From a virus (taxonomy: Duplodnaviria; Heunggongvirae; Uroviricota; Caudoviricetes), in IMG/VR virus record IMGVR_UViG_2711768037_000016, positions 1-14,071 of that record: DNA of 14,071 bases, one strand, 5' to 3'. A program made the translations under genes and the position numbers. Under the pieces are notes generated by a model that was not told the DNA's origin, did no database searches, and saw only the letters and a program-made list of their open reading frames with translations. Numbering within the stretch: position 1 is the first letter of the stretch; each line of letters begins with the position of its first letter. Shown one piece after another: positions 1-7,597 of this stretch.

Positions 1-381
1 TTACTTTTTTAGCAGCCAGTCGTCCATCTCCAGTCTTACCCCCAGCACAGACAAACATCCGTCAATAAACCCTTCGGCTATCTGCATCTCAATTCGTATT
101 GCTTTTTCGCTTTTCTTTCTCGTCCTGGCTATCTGTCTTTTTGATATTCGCAACAAATAATGAGCAATGAGAAGCGAATACTCCTCAGGTTTTTTCTGCT
201 TCAGACGAGCAAGACAGTTTTCAATGATAAGTCCGTCATCATCGCAGCAGGCCGGACGTGGTTTAGTGGCAGATGGTAAAAGTCCTTTGAATCCGGCAGC
301 GATCGGAGAATAGTCCACCCCGGTGTTACTACTTGCCGCCCATGCCCCCCAGCGTTCAAGAACCATCTGAATATCACGCAT
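1..381 (-). CDS. Antitermination protein Q-like (late-gene antiterminator)
   Basis: From the first in-frame ATG the protein begins MRDIQMVLERWGAWAA..., which I recall as the N-terminus of lambdoid Q antiterminators of the QuuD/phage-82 type. It has a Cys-rich central region (PACCDDD...ENCLARL). SD GGAGA lies 6 nt upstream of the ATG at 381; the track start at 396 is TTG. Stop is at 1-3. Confidence 0.8.
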   Translation of the reverse strand: MRDIQMVLERWGAWAASSNTGVDYSPIAAGFKGLLPSATKPRPACCDDDGLIIENCLARLKQKKPEEYSLLIAHYLLRISKRQIARTRKKSEKAIRIEMQIAEGFIDGCLSVLGVRLEMDDWLLKK

Positions 382-398
382 CAACTTTCTCCACAAAA

Positions 399-1394
399 TC
401 AGGACAGCACACCAATCGCCAGCGCGCGATCGATAAAACGAAATATCAGCTCCAGTTGGGAACCATACTTCTCTTCAAATGCCACGGTATCCGCATGCAG
501 TTCGTCATGGTGTTTTCTGCACAAAGGCAACACAAAAAGGTCATGCGCTTTTGTACCCATTCCACCCTGACCATGGCCAATCAGGTGATGCGGATCGTCG
601 GCTGGCTTACCACAACATGCACACGGCTGCGTCTTAACCCAGCGCGTGTACTTTTCATTAACCCAGCGACGACGTTTGGGGCGTAACATAAAAGACTCCG
701 GCGACTCCGGATCCACTTTCAGCGCCAGCACCTTTTTCGCTTTATCCCGGATGATGCTGGTGGCGAGAACCGAAGGCACAAGGTCACTTTCCCGGGTAAC
801 AGACGGCACAACAGTCTTCGGTAATCTCAGTGCCTTACGGGCTGCACTTTCCGGTAAGGCATCCGCCAGGTCATTACGAACCAGCCACCAGCACAGTTCC
901 GGCATTGTCACAACGTGACTGTCATCAAAACCGAGATCACGACGGACTACGGACAACACCCAGCGGGCACAGTTATCCGTTGCCATTGATTCCAGACGTT
1001 CCGTGAACTGATCGCGAAGCAGGTTATCGCAGTGCCAGCACAGACGGATTGCGCCTGGCGCGTGTCGCATTGTGGTCATGTTCTCGCTGTGCCATCCGGA
1101 ATGAGGCCACTGGCAGCCTTTTTCACGAAGTAACCAGCTCTCAAGGCATTCCACGCCACCAGCACGACGGATCACCGCCTCATGGCGGAACACGGCCCGA
1201 ACGGCAGGATCATCCGCCAGCGGTTGTGATGCTGCCGGAACGGCACCACTGGCAAAAGAGGAATAACGTTCCGGCTCAGGCTCCAGCAGGACACGCCCCT
1301 GCATAAACAGGGGCATCAGCTCTGAACCGGGTCTGAACAAGACGATCCCCATACGCGGGGCAATTTCAGGGGTCAGCAGTGCTCTCACGGTCAC
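399..1394 (-). CDS. DUF968-like nin-region protein with C-terminal Cys/His (HNH-like) motif
   Basis: 331-aa ORF. The C-terminal segment CACCGKPADDPHHLIGHGQGGMGTKAHDLFVLPLCRKHHDELH resembles the conserved motif of lambdoid DUF968/YdfU-type proteins (recollection, not a search). Start is uncertain: GTG at 1394, or GTG at 1388 with SD GAGG. Confidence 0.6.
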   Translation of the reverse strand: MTVRALLTPEIAPRMGIVLFRPGSELMPLFMQGRVLLEPEPERYSSFASGAVPAASQPLADDPAVRAVFRHEAVIRRAGGVECLESWLLREKGCQWPHSGWHSENMTTMRHAPGAIRLCWHCDNLLRDQFTERLESMATDNCARWVLSVVRRDLGFDDSHVVTMPELCWWLVRNDLADALPESAARKALRLPKTVVPSVTRESDLVPSVLATSIIRDKAKKVLALKVDPESPESFMLRPKRRRWVNEKYTRWVKTQPCACCGKPADDPHHLIGHGQGGMGTKAHDLFVLPLCRKHHDELHADTVAFEEKYGSQLELIFRFIDRALAIGVLS

Positions 1395-1440
1395 CTCAGC
1401 GAACGGTATTGCATGAACGCAGGAGAAAAAAATTCAGCCA

Positions 1441-1698
1441 TCACGCAGTAAACTCCTTCACCAGCGTTTCAAACAGGCTTACCTGGCCTTCCAGTTCCGC
1501 CACGCAATCCACCAGCTCATCCACCGCCTTTTGTGTGCGGTGTTTTGCCTGCAGCAGATCACGAAGCGCCGGAGTAAGCTGCTTGCGGAGCGTATCTTTT
1601 GCCACGCTCGTTTTTTCCATCTGTTCAGCACAACGAAGCATCTCCTGCGCCTGCCGACGAAGTTGTTCCGGTGAAACAGTGGTTGTTCTGTTGTTCAA
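1441..1698 (-). CDS. Small hypothetical protein, predicted coiled-coil
   Basis: 85-aa ORF with a TTG start overlapping the helicase stop (TTGA); GGAG lies 8 nt upstream. Heptad-like charged sequence. Real but with uncertain start, or possibly shorter from an internal ATG. Confidence 0.4.
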   Translation of the reverse strand: MNNRTTTVSPEQLRRQAQEMLRCAEQMEKTSVAKDTLRKQLTPALRDLLQAKHRTQKAVDELVDCVAELEGQVSLFETLVKEFTA

Positions 1699-3095
1699 AA
1701 TAAACGCTCCGTTTTACTACCCGACATGCGGTTATTGCTGTATCTGCGCGGATTGCCCGGCGTCATGGGAGTGGAAAGAATCCGGGCACTCTCCTGGTCC
1801 ACAGGCAGAAAATGCCCGTTATGAAAACGCCGGTAAATGGTACCCAGCGTGCCATTACGCTGTTTCGTGATGTTGATTTCTGCTATGCCTCTCGCCTGTG
1901 TCTCCGGGTTGTACACCTCATCCCTGTAAAGCATCAGAATGATGTCTGCATCCGCCTCTATTTCCCCTGAGTTTTTCAGGTCCGAGTTCATGGGGCGTTT
2001 ATTGGGTCTGGATTCCACGCCACGGGAGAGCTGGCTCAGAGCAATCAGCGGAAAACCGCCGGATTTTGCCAGGCTTTTAAGTCCCTTTGAGATTTCCCCC
2101 ACAGCAAGGTCGTGACGCCCCGTGCTGCGGGTTTTAATCAGGCCGAGGTAATCGACCACCACCAGCGCCGTTTCCGGGTGTTTCATCCGGTGGTGCCTCG
2201 TGGTTGCACATATCTCATCAATGGTCAGGTTTGCCTGGTCCACCATCCAGATATTACGCCCCGTCATTCGTCCCACGCCCTGTGAGAAACGCGCCCAGTC
2301 TTCATCTTCAAAACGGGCAACAGACTTAAGACGGGATACCGGCATTCCCCCGGCAGCAGACACCATACGTTCACCAATCTGAATGTTCGCCATCTCCATG
2401 GTGAACAGAAGCACGCCATGCCCCTGCTCAGTCACCTTGTCGATGATATCCAGCGCAAGTTCGGTTTTCCCCATCGAAGGACGGGCCGCAATGAATACCA
2501 GGTCGCCTGGCTCCATACCGCCCGTTTTTGCGTCCAGTTCATCAATACCGGTCATCAGCGCCCTGGATTTCTCCAGTCCCTGATTGCGGCATTCAACACG
2601 GTCGACCACTTCCGGAAGGACATCATCAATGTGAACCGGCTGAATGACGCCCTTTCCGGTCGACAGTGAGGCCATCATGTTCTGCGCATCCTTCAGGGCA
2701 TCCTCGGCTGCTTCACAGGTATACGCATCACGTAAATTCTGTAATGCTTCAGTCAGTGTTTTTTCTGCATCGCGCAGTGCGGCATTGCGCCGCAACGCTG
2801 CGACATAGTGCTCCAGTGAAGACTTCACCCAGGTTTTGCGTCCGGTGTCGGTAATCACCGGGGCAAGTTCCGGCATCTCATTGCACAGTAGCACGGGATC
2901 AATGACGCCGGATACGCGGGCCTGTCTGCAAATTCCCGCGTAAATATCCCGGTACTGTCGTGCAGAAAAAACGTCCGCCGACAATGTGGCCAGAATATCC
3001 ATCACTTCCGGATCAGCCCCACGCAGAAAAAACGCGCCAATGACAGCGCCTTCCAGGTCATCGTTACGCCATGCCGGGGTGTTCTGGCTGGTCAT
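1695..3095 (-). CDS. Replicative DNA helicase, DnaB family (phage P-region helicase)
   Basis: 466 aa. Walker A-like AARPSMGKTELAL, a DnaB-type C-terminal RecA-like domain (LVVVDYLGLI, SQLSRGVESR) and a DnaB-like N-terminal domain. ATG at 3095 has a strong SD GGAGGTG 7 nt upstream and overlaps the upstream stop (ATGA). Confidence 0.9.
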   Translation of the reverse strand: MTSQNTPAWRNDDLEGAVIGAFFLRGADPEVMDILATLSADVFSARQYRDIYAGICRQARVSGVIDPVLLCNEMPELAPVITDTGRKTWVKSSLEHYVAALRRNAALRDAEKTLTEALQNLRDAYTCEAAEDALKDAQNMMASLSTGKGVIQPVHIDDVLPEVVDRVECRNQGLEKSRALMTGIDELDAKTGGMEPGDLVFIAARPSMGKTELALDIIDKVTEQGHGVLLFTMEMANIQIGERMVSAAGGMPVSRLKSVARFEDEDWARFSQGVGRMTGRNIWMVDQANLTIDEICATTRHHRMKHPETALVVVDYLGLIKTRSTGRHDLAVGEISKGLKSLAKSGGFPLIALSQLSRGVESRPNKRPMNSDLKNSGEIEADADIILMLYRDEVYNPETQARGIAEINITKQRNGTLGTIYRRFHNGHFLPVDQESARILSTPMTPGNPRRYSNNRMSGSKTERLF

Positions 3096-3970
3096 GCTGC
3101 AACACCTCCGATACGAGAACGGTAGCTGGGCCAGTTAAACGACAACCAGTTGCGCCCGCCATTGGTGATCCTGTCGGCAATCCGGGGACTGATGAACGCC
3201 CACAATTCTTCCGGTGAAAGGTTGCTGATCAAGATAGTTGGCAAAATACCCTCATACCGGGCATTGATAATTTCCTGCAAAATGGCCATTTCAGCCGCAC
3301 TGCCAAACTGAACGCCGACTTCGTCGATGATCAGCAAATCCAGTGACGCATAATGCTCAATGACGTCATCCGCTGTTTTTTCACTGTCATTCCGCCAGCA
3401 GTTTTTTACAGCACGGGTAAGGCGCATCACGTCGGTGATCTCCACACTGGCCAGATAGTTACGGATGATGTGTTTTGCCATTGATACCGCCAGATGATTT
3501 TTCCCGGTACCGCAACTGCCGGTCATAACAAGACTGGTACCGTTCTCCAGCATATCTGGCCAGTTCTCCGCATAGCGGCGACAGGCCGCAAGATTTCTGG
3601 CTGCGTCAGGATTAACCTCCAGATAATTATCAAACTCGCAGTCCCGAAAACGCAGAGCAATTCCGGCGTTATCAGTCAGTTCTTCCGCCTTGAGGGACGA
3701 CAGCTCCATGGTCAAATCGTTGGCCTCAGCTATCAAGCAGTCAGGGCAGCATGAAATTTTTTCTCTGTCCTCGCCATTACGATCGCTCCACACCAGAATA
3801 TGTGTGTGGTACTCGCCATGTTTTTCGCAACACCCACGCCCTTCACGCATCCAGCAGGAACGATAAGGCCATGGTTTTTCGCCCTTCTGAGCAAATGCAA
3901 TCTCTGCCCGTAACTCATCCATCCGCGCCTGTAGTCTTGTTTGTTGTTCACGCAGGTTAAACGTCATCAT
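3092..3970 (-). CDS. DnaC/IstB-like AAA+ helicase loader with N-terminal Cys/His-rich segment
   Basis: Walker A GSCGTGKNHLA and Walker B LLIIDEVG. N-terminal C...CC..H..H.H...CCPDC cluster. The first ATG, at 3970, has SD GAGGTG 6 nt upstream; the track start at 3979 is GTG. Confidence 0.85.
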   Translation of the reverse strand: MMTFNLREQQTRLQARMDELRAEIAFAQKGEKPWPYRSCWMREGRGCCEKHGEYHTHILVWSDRNGEDREKISCCPDCLIAEANDLTMELSSLKAEELTDNAGIALRFRDCEFDNYLEVNPDAARNLAACRRYAENWPDMLENGTSLVMTGSCGTGKNHLAVSMAKHIIRNYLASVEITDVMRLTRAVKNCWRNDSEKTADDVIEHYASLDLLIIDEVGVQFGSAAEMAILQEIINARYEGILPTILISNLSPEELWAFISPRIADRITNGGRNWLSFNWPSYRSRIGGVAA

Positions 3971-3980
3971 CGCTGTCACC

Positions 3981-4907
3981 TCAGAATGTCAATTTGTCAC
4001 TGGATTTACCGAATTTGTCAGACATGGCTCCCAGGCCAGCCAGGACATCGACCTGTCGCTGTCGCCCACCTCCGGGAGCTGCTGGCTGTTGCCAGAAATC
4101 TTCGAAGTGACGATCGGGTCCAAAGAACGTCGACGCCTGCTTCACGAACTGGGTGCCGGTATTTCCTGAGACACGCACCCAGGCAGCATAGCGTTTCACA
4201 CCGTTGAGCATGGTTTCTGGTGTCACACCTTCCCTGATTCGGGCTTTCCAGGCTTTGAAGGCTGCTGACTTGGAATTACCACCAGCACGTTTGGGATATT
4301 CCTGCCAGGCCTGTTCAAATTCCGGTGAATATTCCTGTCTGGCAGAACGCGCTGGTGCAGACGCGTCAGCGGATGCGCCAATATCTTGCGGTTCATGTTT
4401 TGAATTTACTGGTGGTTCATGTTTTAAACCTTGTGGATCTGGGGTCAGATTCTGAAGGGTCAAACGCGTATTTTTGCCAGAATCTGAAGGGTCAAACACA
4501 CCTGAACATACAGATTCTGACGGTTCAGATTTTGAAGGTTCAGAATCTGAAGGGTCACGTAATCCTGAAAGTCTGCGCTGCTGTTTCAGTTCTGCAACCT
4601 TATCCCGCTCTGTTCTGGCAAGCAGCTCAAGCCGATCAGCATTCAGATGATAAAGATTGGACGTATTACGGTTACCTTTGCGGCGTGACTGACGCGTCAG
4701 CCAGCCATCAGCCTCCAGTTCGGAGATTGCCGTTCTGACTGTACTTTCTCCCAACCCAAGCTGTCGGCATATGGTTTCAACACCTGGGTAGCACACCCCG
4801 TCATCATTCGAATAATCCGCCAGGCGCGCCATAATCATCAGTTTTGCACCTTTGATGCCATATGCTGCACATGCATCCCAGACATTACCTAGGATTTTGC
4901 TACTCAT
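3981..4907 (-). CDS. Phage replication initiator (lambda O-like role): N-terminal winged-HTH, repetitive linker, C-terminal domain
   Basis: 308 aa. The N-terminus looks HTH-like (GESTVRTAISELEADGWLTR). A low-complexity Ser/Pro/Asp/Glu linker is encoded by the iteron array. Strong SD GGGAGG lies 6 nt upstream of the ATG at 4907. It sits immediately upstream of the loader and helicase. Confidence 0.7.
   Translation of the reverse strand: MSSKILGNVWDACAAYGIKGAKLMIMARLADYSNDDGVCYPGVETICRQLGLGESTVRTAISELEADGWLTRQSRRKGNRNTSNLYHLNADRLELLARTERDKVAELKQQRRLSGLRDPSDSEPSKSEPSESVCSGVFDPSDSGKNTRLTLQNLTPDPQGLKHEPPVNSKHEPQDIGASADASAPARSARQEYSPEFEQAWQEYPKRAGGNSKSAAFKAWKARIREGVTPETMLNGVKRYAAWVRVSGNTGTQFVKQASTFFGPDRHFEDFWQQPAAPGGGRQRQVDVLAGLGAMSDKFGKSSDKLTF
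4390..4558. repeat. Iteron array inside the initiator gene (candidate phage replication origin)
   Basis: Direct repeats read off the sequence: GGTTCATGTTTT(G/A)AA at 4390-4404 and 4414-4428; CAGATTCTGAAGGGTCAAAC at 4446-4465; CAGAATCTGAAGGGTCAAAC at 4478-4497; and three overlapping ~15-bp-period copies at 4511-4528, 4526-4543 and 4541-4558. Confidence 0.6.
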
Positions 4908-5128
4908 ACGGCACCTCCCAGACGCTTAAACATTTTTCCGGACTGAAACGCCACCAGCGGATAACTCAGGGTATGAGTACGTCCCTGAACCTGGCAGACA
5001 ACCTTCTGGCTTTCTGTATTGACCAGGCAAACCCGCAGAACGTGTCCGTTGCTGGTGGTGAACCACTGCCCCACACGGGGGCAGTGGTCGTATCGGTGAT
5101 ACAGGGGATTAACGACACGGCGAATCAT
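4904..5128 (-). CDS. Hypothetical 74-aa protein (between Rha genes and initiator)
   Basis: ATG at 5128 with strong SD GGAGG 7 nt upstream. ATGA overlaps at both ends (with Rha-3 stop and initiator start). No recognisable domain. Confidence 0.55.
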   Translation of the reverse strand: MIRRVVNPLYHRYDHCPRVGQWFTTSNGHVLRVCLVNTESQKVVCQVQGRTHTLSYPLVAFQSGKMFKRLGGAV

Positions 5129-5784
5129 GGGTTTACCTCCCGTTGATTACGACGGGACACGGAGTGACCCTGGACGGTTTCAACCTCATGGAGTGCGTCA
5201 ATACAGCTCTCGTAGTACCGCATGGTGCGCAGACTTAACCCAAGCTGTAGCATCATCAGACCATCACGGGTGATGTAATAACCACGCACTGAATCGCCAT
5301 AGGCGCGATAAGTGCCGGGAATAAAGTTGCGGGTGAGAAATTCGCGTGAACAGTTGAGATATTCGATTCGATCGACGATGTTCTTATGCATGCGCTTAAA
5401 GTGACAGGCGACATACAGGGAGAAAATAACGGCCTTGCCGTTGACGACTTCGATTTTCAGGTATGGGGAAGTTGGGTCTGTAGCCATGATGGCAGCCTCC
5501 GTATGCAATGGATAACTTCCACCACCGGAAACGCCAATTTCGCTGGTGGTGAACTGAGCAGGGTTGGCGTAACCGGCGCATACGGAAACCGGCGCACCTT
5601 TCGGTGCCCCCACCCAGCCCACCATAATTTGGGTATAGCTGAGTTGTAGCAACAAAAAAGACGCTAACGCGCCAATTGTCGCCGTATGCAATTCTAGGAC
5701 GCCAATCCCGGCACCCGTTTTATAAGGTGCCTGAACAGTGTAACGTCCCGGAATGGCAGAATCAATATTCAGGTAGCGGATCAT
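5125..5784 (-). CDS. Rha-domain phage regulatory protein with ~100-aa N-terminal domain of unknown function (Rha-3)
   Basis: 219 aa. The Rha-like segment GKAVIFSLYVACHFKRMHKNIVDRIEYL...YYITRDGLMMLQLG lies in the C-terminal half. ATG at 5784 has strong SD AAGGAGG 7 nt upstream. The N-terminal domain is paralogous to that of the adjacent gene. Confidence 0.7.
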   Translation of the reverse strand: MIRYLNIDSAIPGRYTVQAPYKTGAGIGVLELHTATIGALASFLLLQLSYTQIMVGWVGAPKGAPVSVCAGYANPAQFTTSEIGVSGGGSYPLHTEAAIMATDPTSPYLKIEVVNGKAVIFSLYVACHFKRMHKNIVDRIEYLNCSREFLTRNFIPGTYRAYGDSVRGYYITRDGLMMLQLGLSLRTMRYYESCIDALHEVETVQGHSVSRRNQREVNP

Positions 5785-6806
5785 GGACGCACCTCCTTGT
5801 CAGAACCATTCAGCCTGGAATCAACAAGTGCAGCACCAAAAACAGCATCACCAACACGGTCGTACAGTTTGCTGGCCAGCGGAGATTCAACAGCCTTAAG
5901 CATTGGATAAAGCTGGCTTGTCCAGATTTGATGGATTTCACGCAAATGCAGGTATACGCCTCTGGCGTTTCGTGCGACAGCTGACATATCAGACGCATCG
6001 GCACCTGATAAACTCTTCTCCATCAGGTTAAAGGCGTTGATGTATGCCTCTTTGAACCTGGCTGCACGTTTACCAGTGAAGCCCATAGCAAGAAACGCAA
6101 AGCCGTCGCGGGTTATTTGATAGCAAGGAAGTTTGCGGCCTGTGCAATCGGTGTAATCACTCACCGAAAAATTGCGGGCACAAAACTCTGGAGAACAATC
6201 CAAAATGCGGATCTTTTTCAGAACATCGTCATGACGTTTAGAGAAGAAGTCAGCAACAGCCAAAGAAGATGTAACAGCCTGACCATCAACGATGGCAATT
6301 TCAGGTTGAGAGAGGGTTGGGAGAGTAGTCATAGTGACAGCCCCGGTAGTCAGTTTTTTAGAAAACTCACCACATGGGACGCCAATCACAGAGGTGGTGA
6401 GACGTACAGGGTTGGCGTTACCGGAGACTACCGAACCCGGCCCGACCGAAGTCGGCCCTGTACGCCCCACCATAATTTGGGCGTAGTAATGCTCATGACA
6501 CGAAAAAACCGCATGAGCGCGGTTATGCTCAGTAATCAATTTCAGGACGCCAATCCCGGCACCCGCTTTATAAGGTGCCAGAACAGTGTAACGTCCCGGA
6601 ATTGCAGAATCAATATGCTGGTGGCGCTTCACACTCAACAAAATCACGACGAAACAACCACAGCGGGCTGAAGCATTCATGCGGATAACCATCACGCAGG
6701 TAAATAACCCGCTGTGTTTCAGGCTCCCAGCGTATAACGTGGACGCGACGCCCCCTTCCATCACGGAACCAGCGATTGAGTACTTGCATGTGTTACCTGT
6801 GAGCAT
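5781..6806 (-). CDS. Rha-domain phage regulatory protein, longer paralogue with N- and C-terminal extensions (Rha-2)
   Basis: 341-aa ORF. Rha-like core GQAVTSSLAVADFFSKRHDDVLKKIRIL...YQITRDGFAFLAMGFTGKRAARFKEAYINAF. It shares the motifs IDSAIPGRYTV..APYK.GAGIGVL and QIMVG with Rha-3. ATG at 6806 has a weak SD (AGGGG); the true start is uncertain. Confidence 0.6.
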   Translation of the reverse strand: MLTGNTCKYSIAGSVMEGGVASTLYAGSLKHSGLFTCVMVIRMNASARCGCFVVILLSVKRHQHIDSAIPGRYTVLAPYKAGAGIGVLKLITEHNRAHAVFSCHEHYYAQIMVGRTGPTSVGPGSVVSGNANPVRLTTSVIGVPCGEFSKKLTTGAVTMTTLPTLSQPEIAIVDGQAVTSSLAVADFFSKRHDDVLKKIRILDCSPEFCARNFSVSDYTDCTGRKLPCYQITRDGFAFLAMGFTGKRAARFKEAYINAFNLMEKSLSGADASDMSAVARNARGVYLHLREIHQIWTSQLYPMLKAVESPLASKLYDRVGDAVFGAALVDSRLNGSDKEVRP

Positions 6807-6808
6807 AA

Positions 6809-7516
6809 TTACCCCTGCCAGCCCAGCGCCTGGAACAACCCCATTTTCGGGTGATACCAGCGTGCACCTCGTGGCTCTGCTTCACTCATCATGCGATGAA
6901 AAGCAGCCATGAAAGGTTCTACTGCAACAATCGCGCGACGCGACAACAATCCATCCGGCGTCATGAACTCATGGGTGTCGGTAGGGATCTGATATGCGTT
7001 CACCAGATTGCGGCATTTCGCATCTGACATACCCGTTTTCGCCACCAGCTGACGGTAACCTGCATAACCATAGCGTATGGTGCCTCTTTTGATTTTCTCG
7101 ACGGTTTCAGTAACGTAGGTGACTTTCTCTTCCACCTGCTCAAGACGTCTTTGTTGGCGAACAGCTTCAAGCGCCATTGCAGCAACCATTTCAATCTGGC
7201 TCATTGGTTTGCGGATTTGTTCTTCCAGTTCGCGCCAGCGGTCTACCAGGCGGGCGGTGAATTCAGGGCAAAGCTGTGCGACAACAATGATGCTGTCGCG
7301 CTTGCCTCGTTCACCTTCGAAAAGATAATGCTTACTTTTTTGAGTTAAACCTAACCCATTGATATTTTCAGAAATCCCCATTGGGGGAAGCTGAATAATC
7401 CCTCGTTGAGCAAGGCGCTCAATGGATTGTTTCACTTTGTCATGGCGGCTGCCCACCAGCTCTGCGATCTCAACGCTGGTCATGGATGCTTTATCGGTAA
7501 AAATTGCGGTATTCAT
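6809..7516 (-). CDS. Phage regulatory protein Rha (canonical N-terminal Rha domain) (Rha-1)
   Basis: From the ATG at 7516 (SD AAGGAG 7 nt upstream) the protein starts MNTAIFTDKASMTSVEIAELVGSRHDKVKQSIERL, a typical Rha N-terminus. The track start at 7552 is probably too far upstream. Confidence 0.8.
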   Translation of the reverse strand: MNTAIFTDKASMTSVEIAELVGSRHDKVKQSIERLAQRGIIQLPPMGISENINGLGLTQKSKHYLFEGERGKRDSIIVVAQLCPEFTARLVDRWRELEEQIRKPMSQIEMVAAMALEAVRQQRRLEQVEEKVTYVTETVEKIKRGTIRYGYAGYRQLVAKTGMSDAKCRNLVNAYQIPTDTHEFMTPDGLLSRRAIVAVEPFMAAFHRMMSEAEPRGARWYHPKMGLFQALGWQG

Positions 7517-7545
7517 CTGATTGCTCCTTGAGGATGACATTTCAG

Positions 7546-7576
7546 AACTCACGCCAAAACGTATGCATCGTGAGTT
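7546..7576 (-). other. Imperfect stem-loop in the leader between the cro-like gene and Rha-1
   Basis: AACTCACG (7546-7553) pairs with CGTGAGTT (7569-7576), an 8-bp stem around a 15-nt loop containing the palindrome ATGCAT. No U-tract follows on the transcribed strand. Confidence 0.3.
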
Positions 7577-7597
7577 ACTGCTCGTGACAGTCAGTCT

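Noticed and set aside
333-1870. Plus-strand ORFs (333-686, 646-918, 1049-1306, 1379-1870) overlapping the minus-strand Q, DUF968-like and helicase genes
   Set aside because: They lie antisense to well-supported minus-strand genes, have Arg/Ser/Cys-rich low-complexity translations typical of shadow ORFs in GC-rich DNA, and lack SD sequences.
4390-4558. Short direct repeats considered as a possible CRISPR array
   Set aside because: The units are 15-20 bp with 15-33-bp periodicity, there are no unique spacers of CRISPR size, and they lie inside an initiator gene; they fit iterons.
2200-4738. Plus-strand ORFs (2200-2854 series, 3494-3754, 3751-3960, 3941-4207, 4204-4455, 4325-4738) antisense to the helicase, loader and initiator
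   Set aside because: Shadow ORFs inside strongly supported coding regions; 4325-4738 is an artefact of the iteron repeats (repetitive translation).
5386-6671. Plus-strand ORFs 5386-5649, 5676-5984 and 6117-6671 (184 aa), and minus-strand 5810-6004 and 5396-5581, inside the Rha-2/Rha-3 genes
   Set aside because: They are antisense to or out of frame with the Rha paralogues. The 184-aa translation is Arg/Cys-rich and not protein-like, and none has a start signal.
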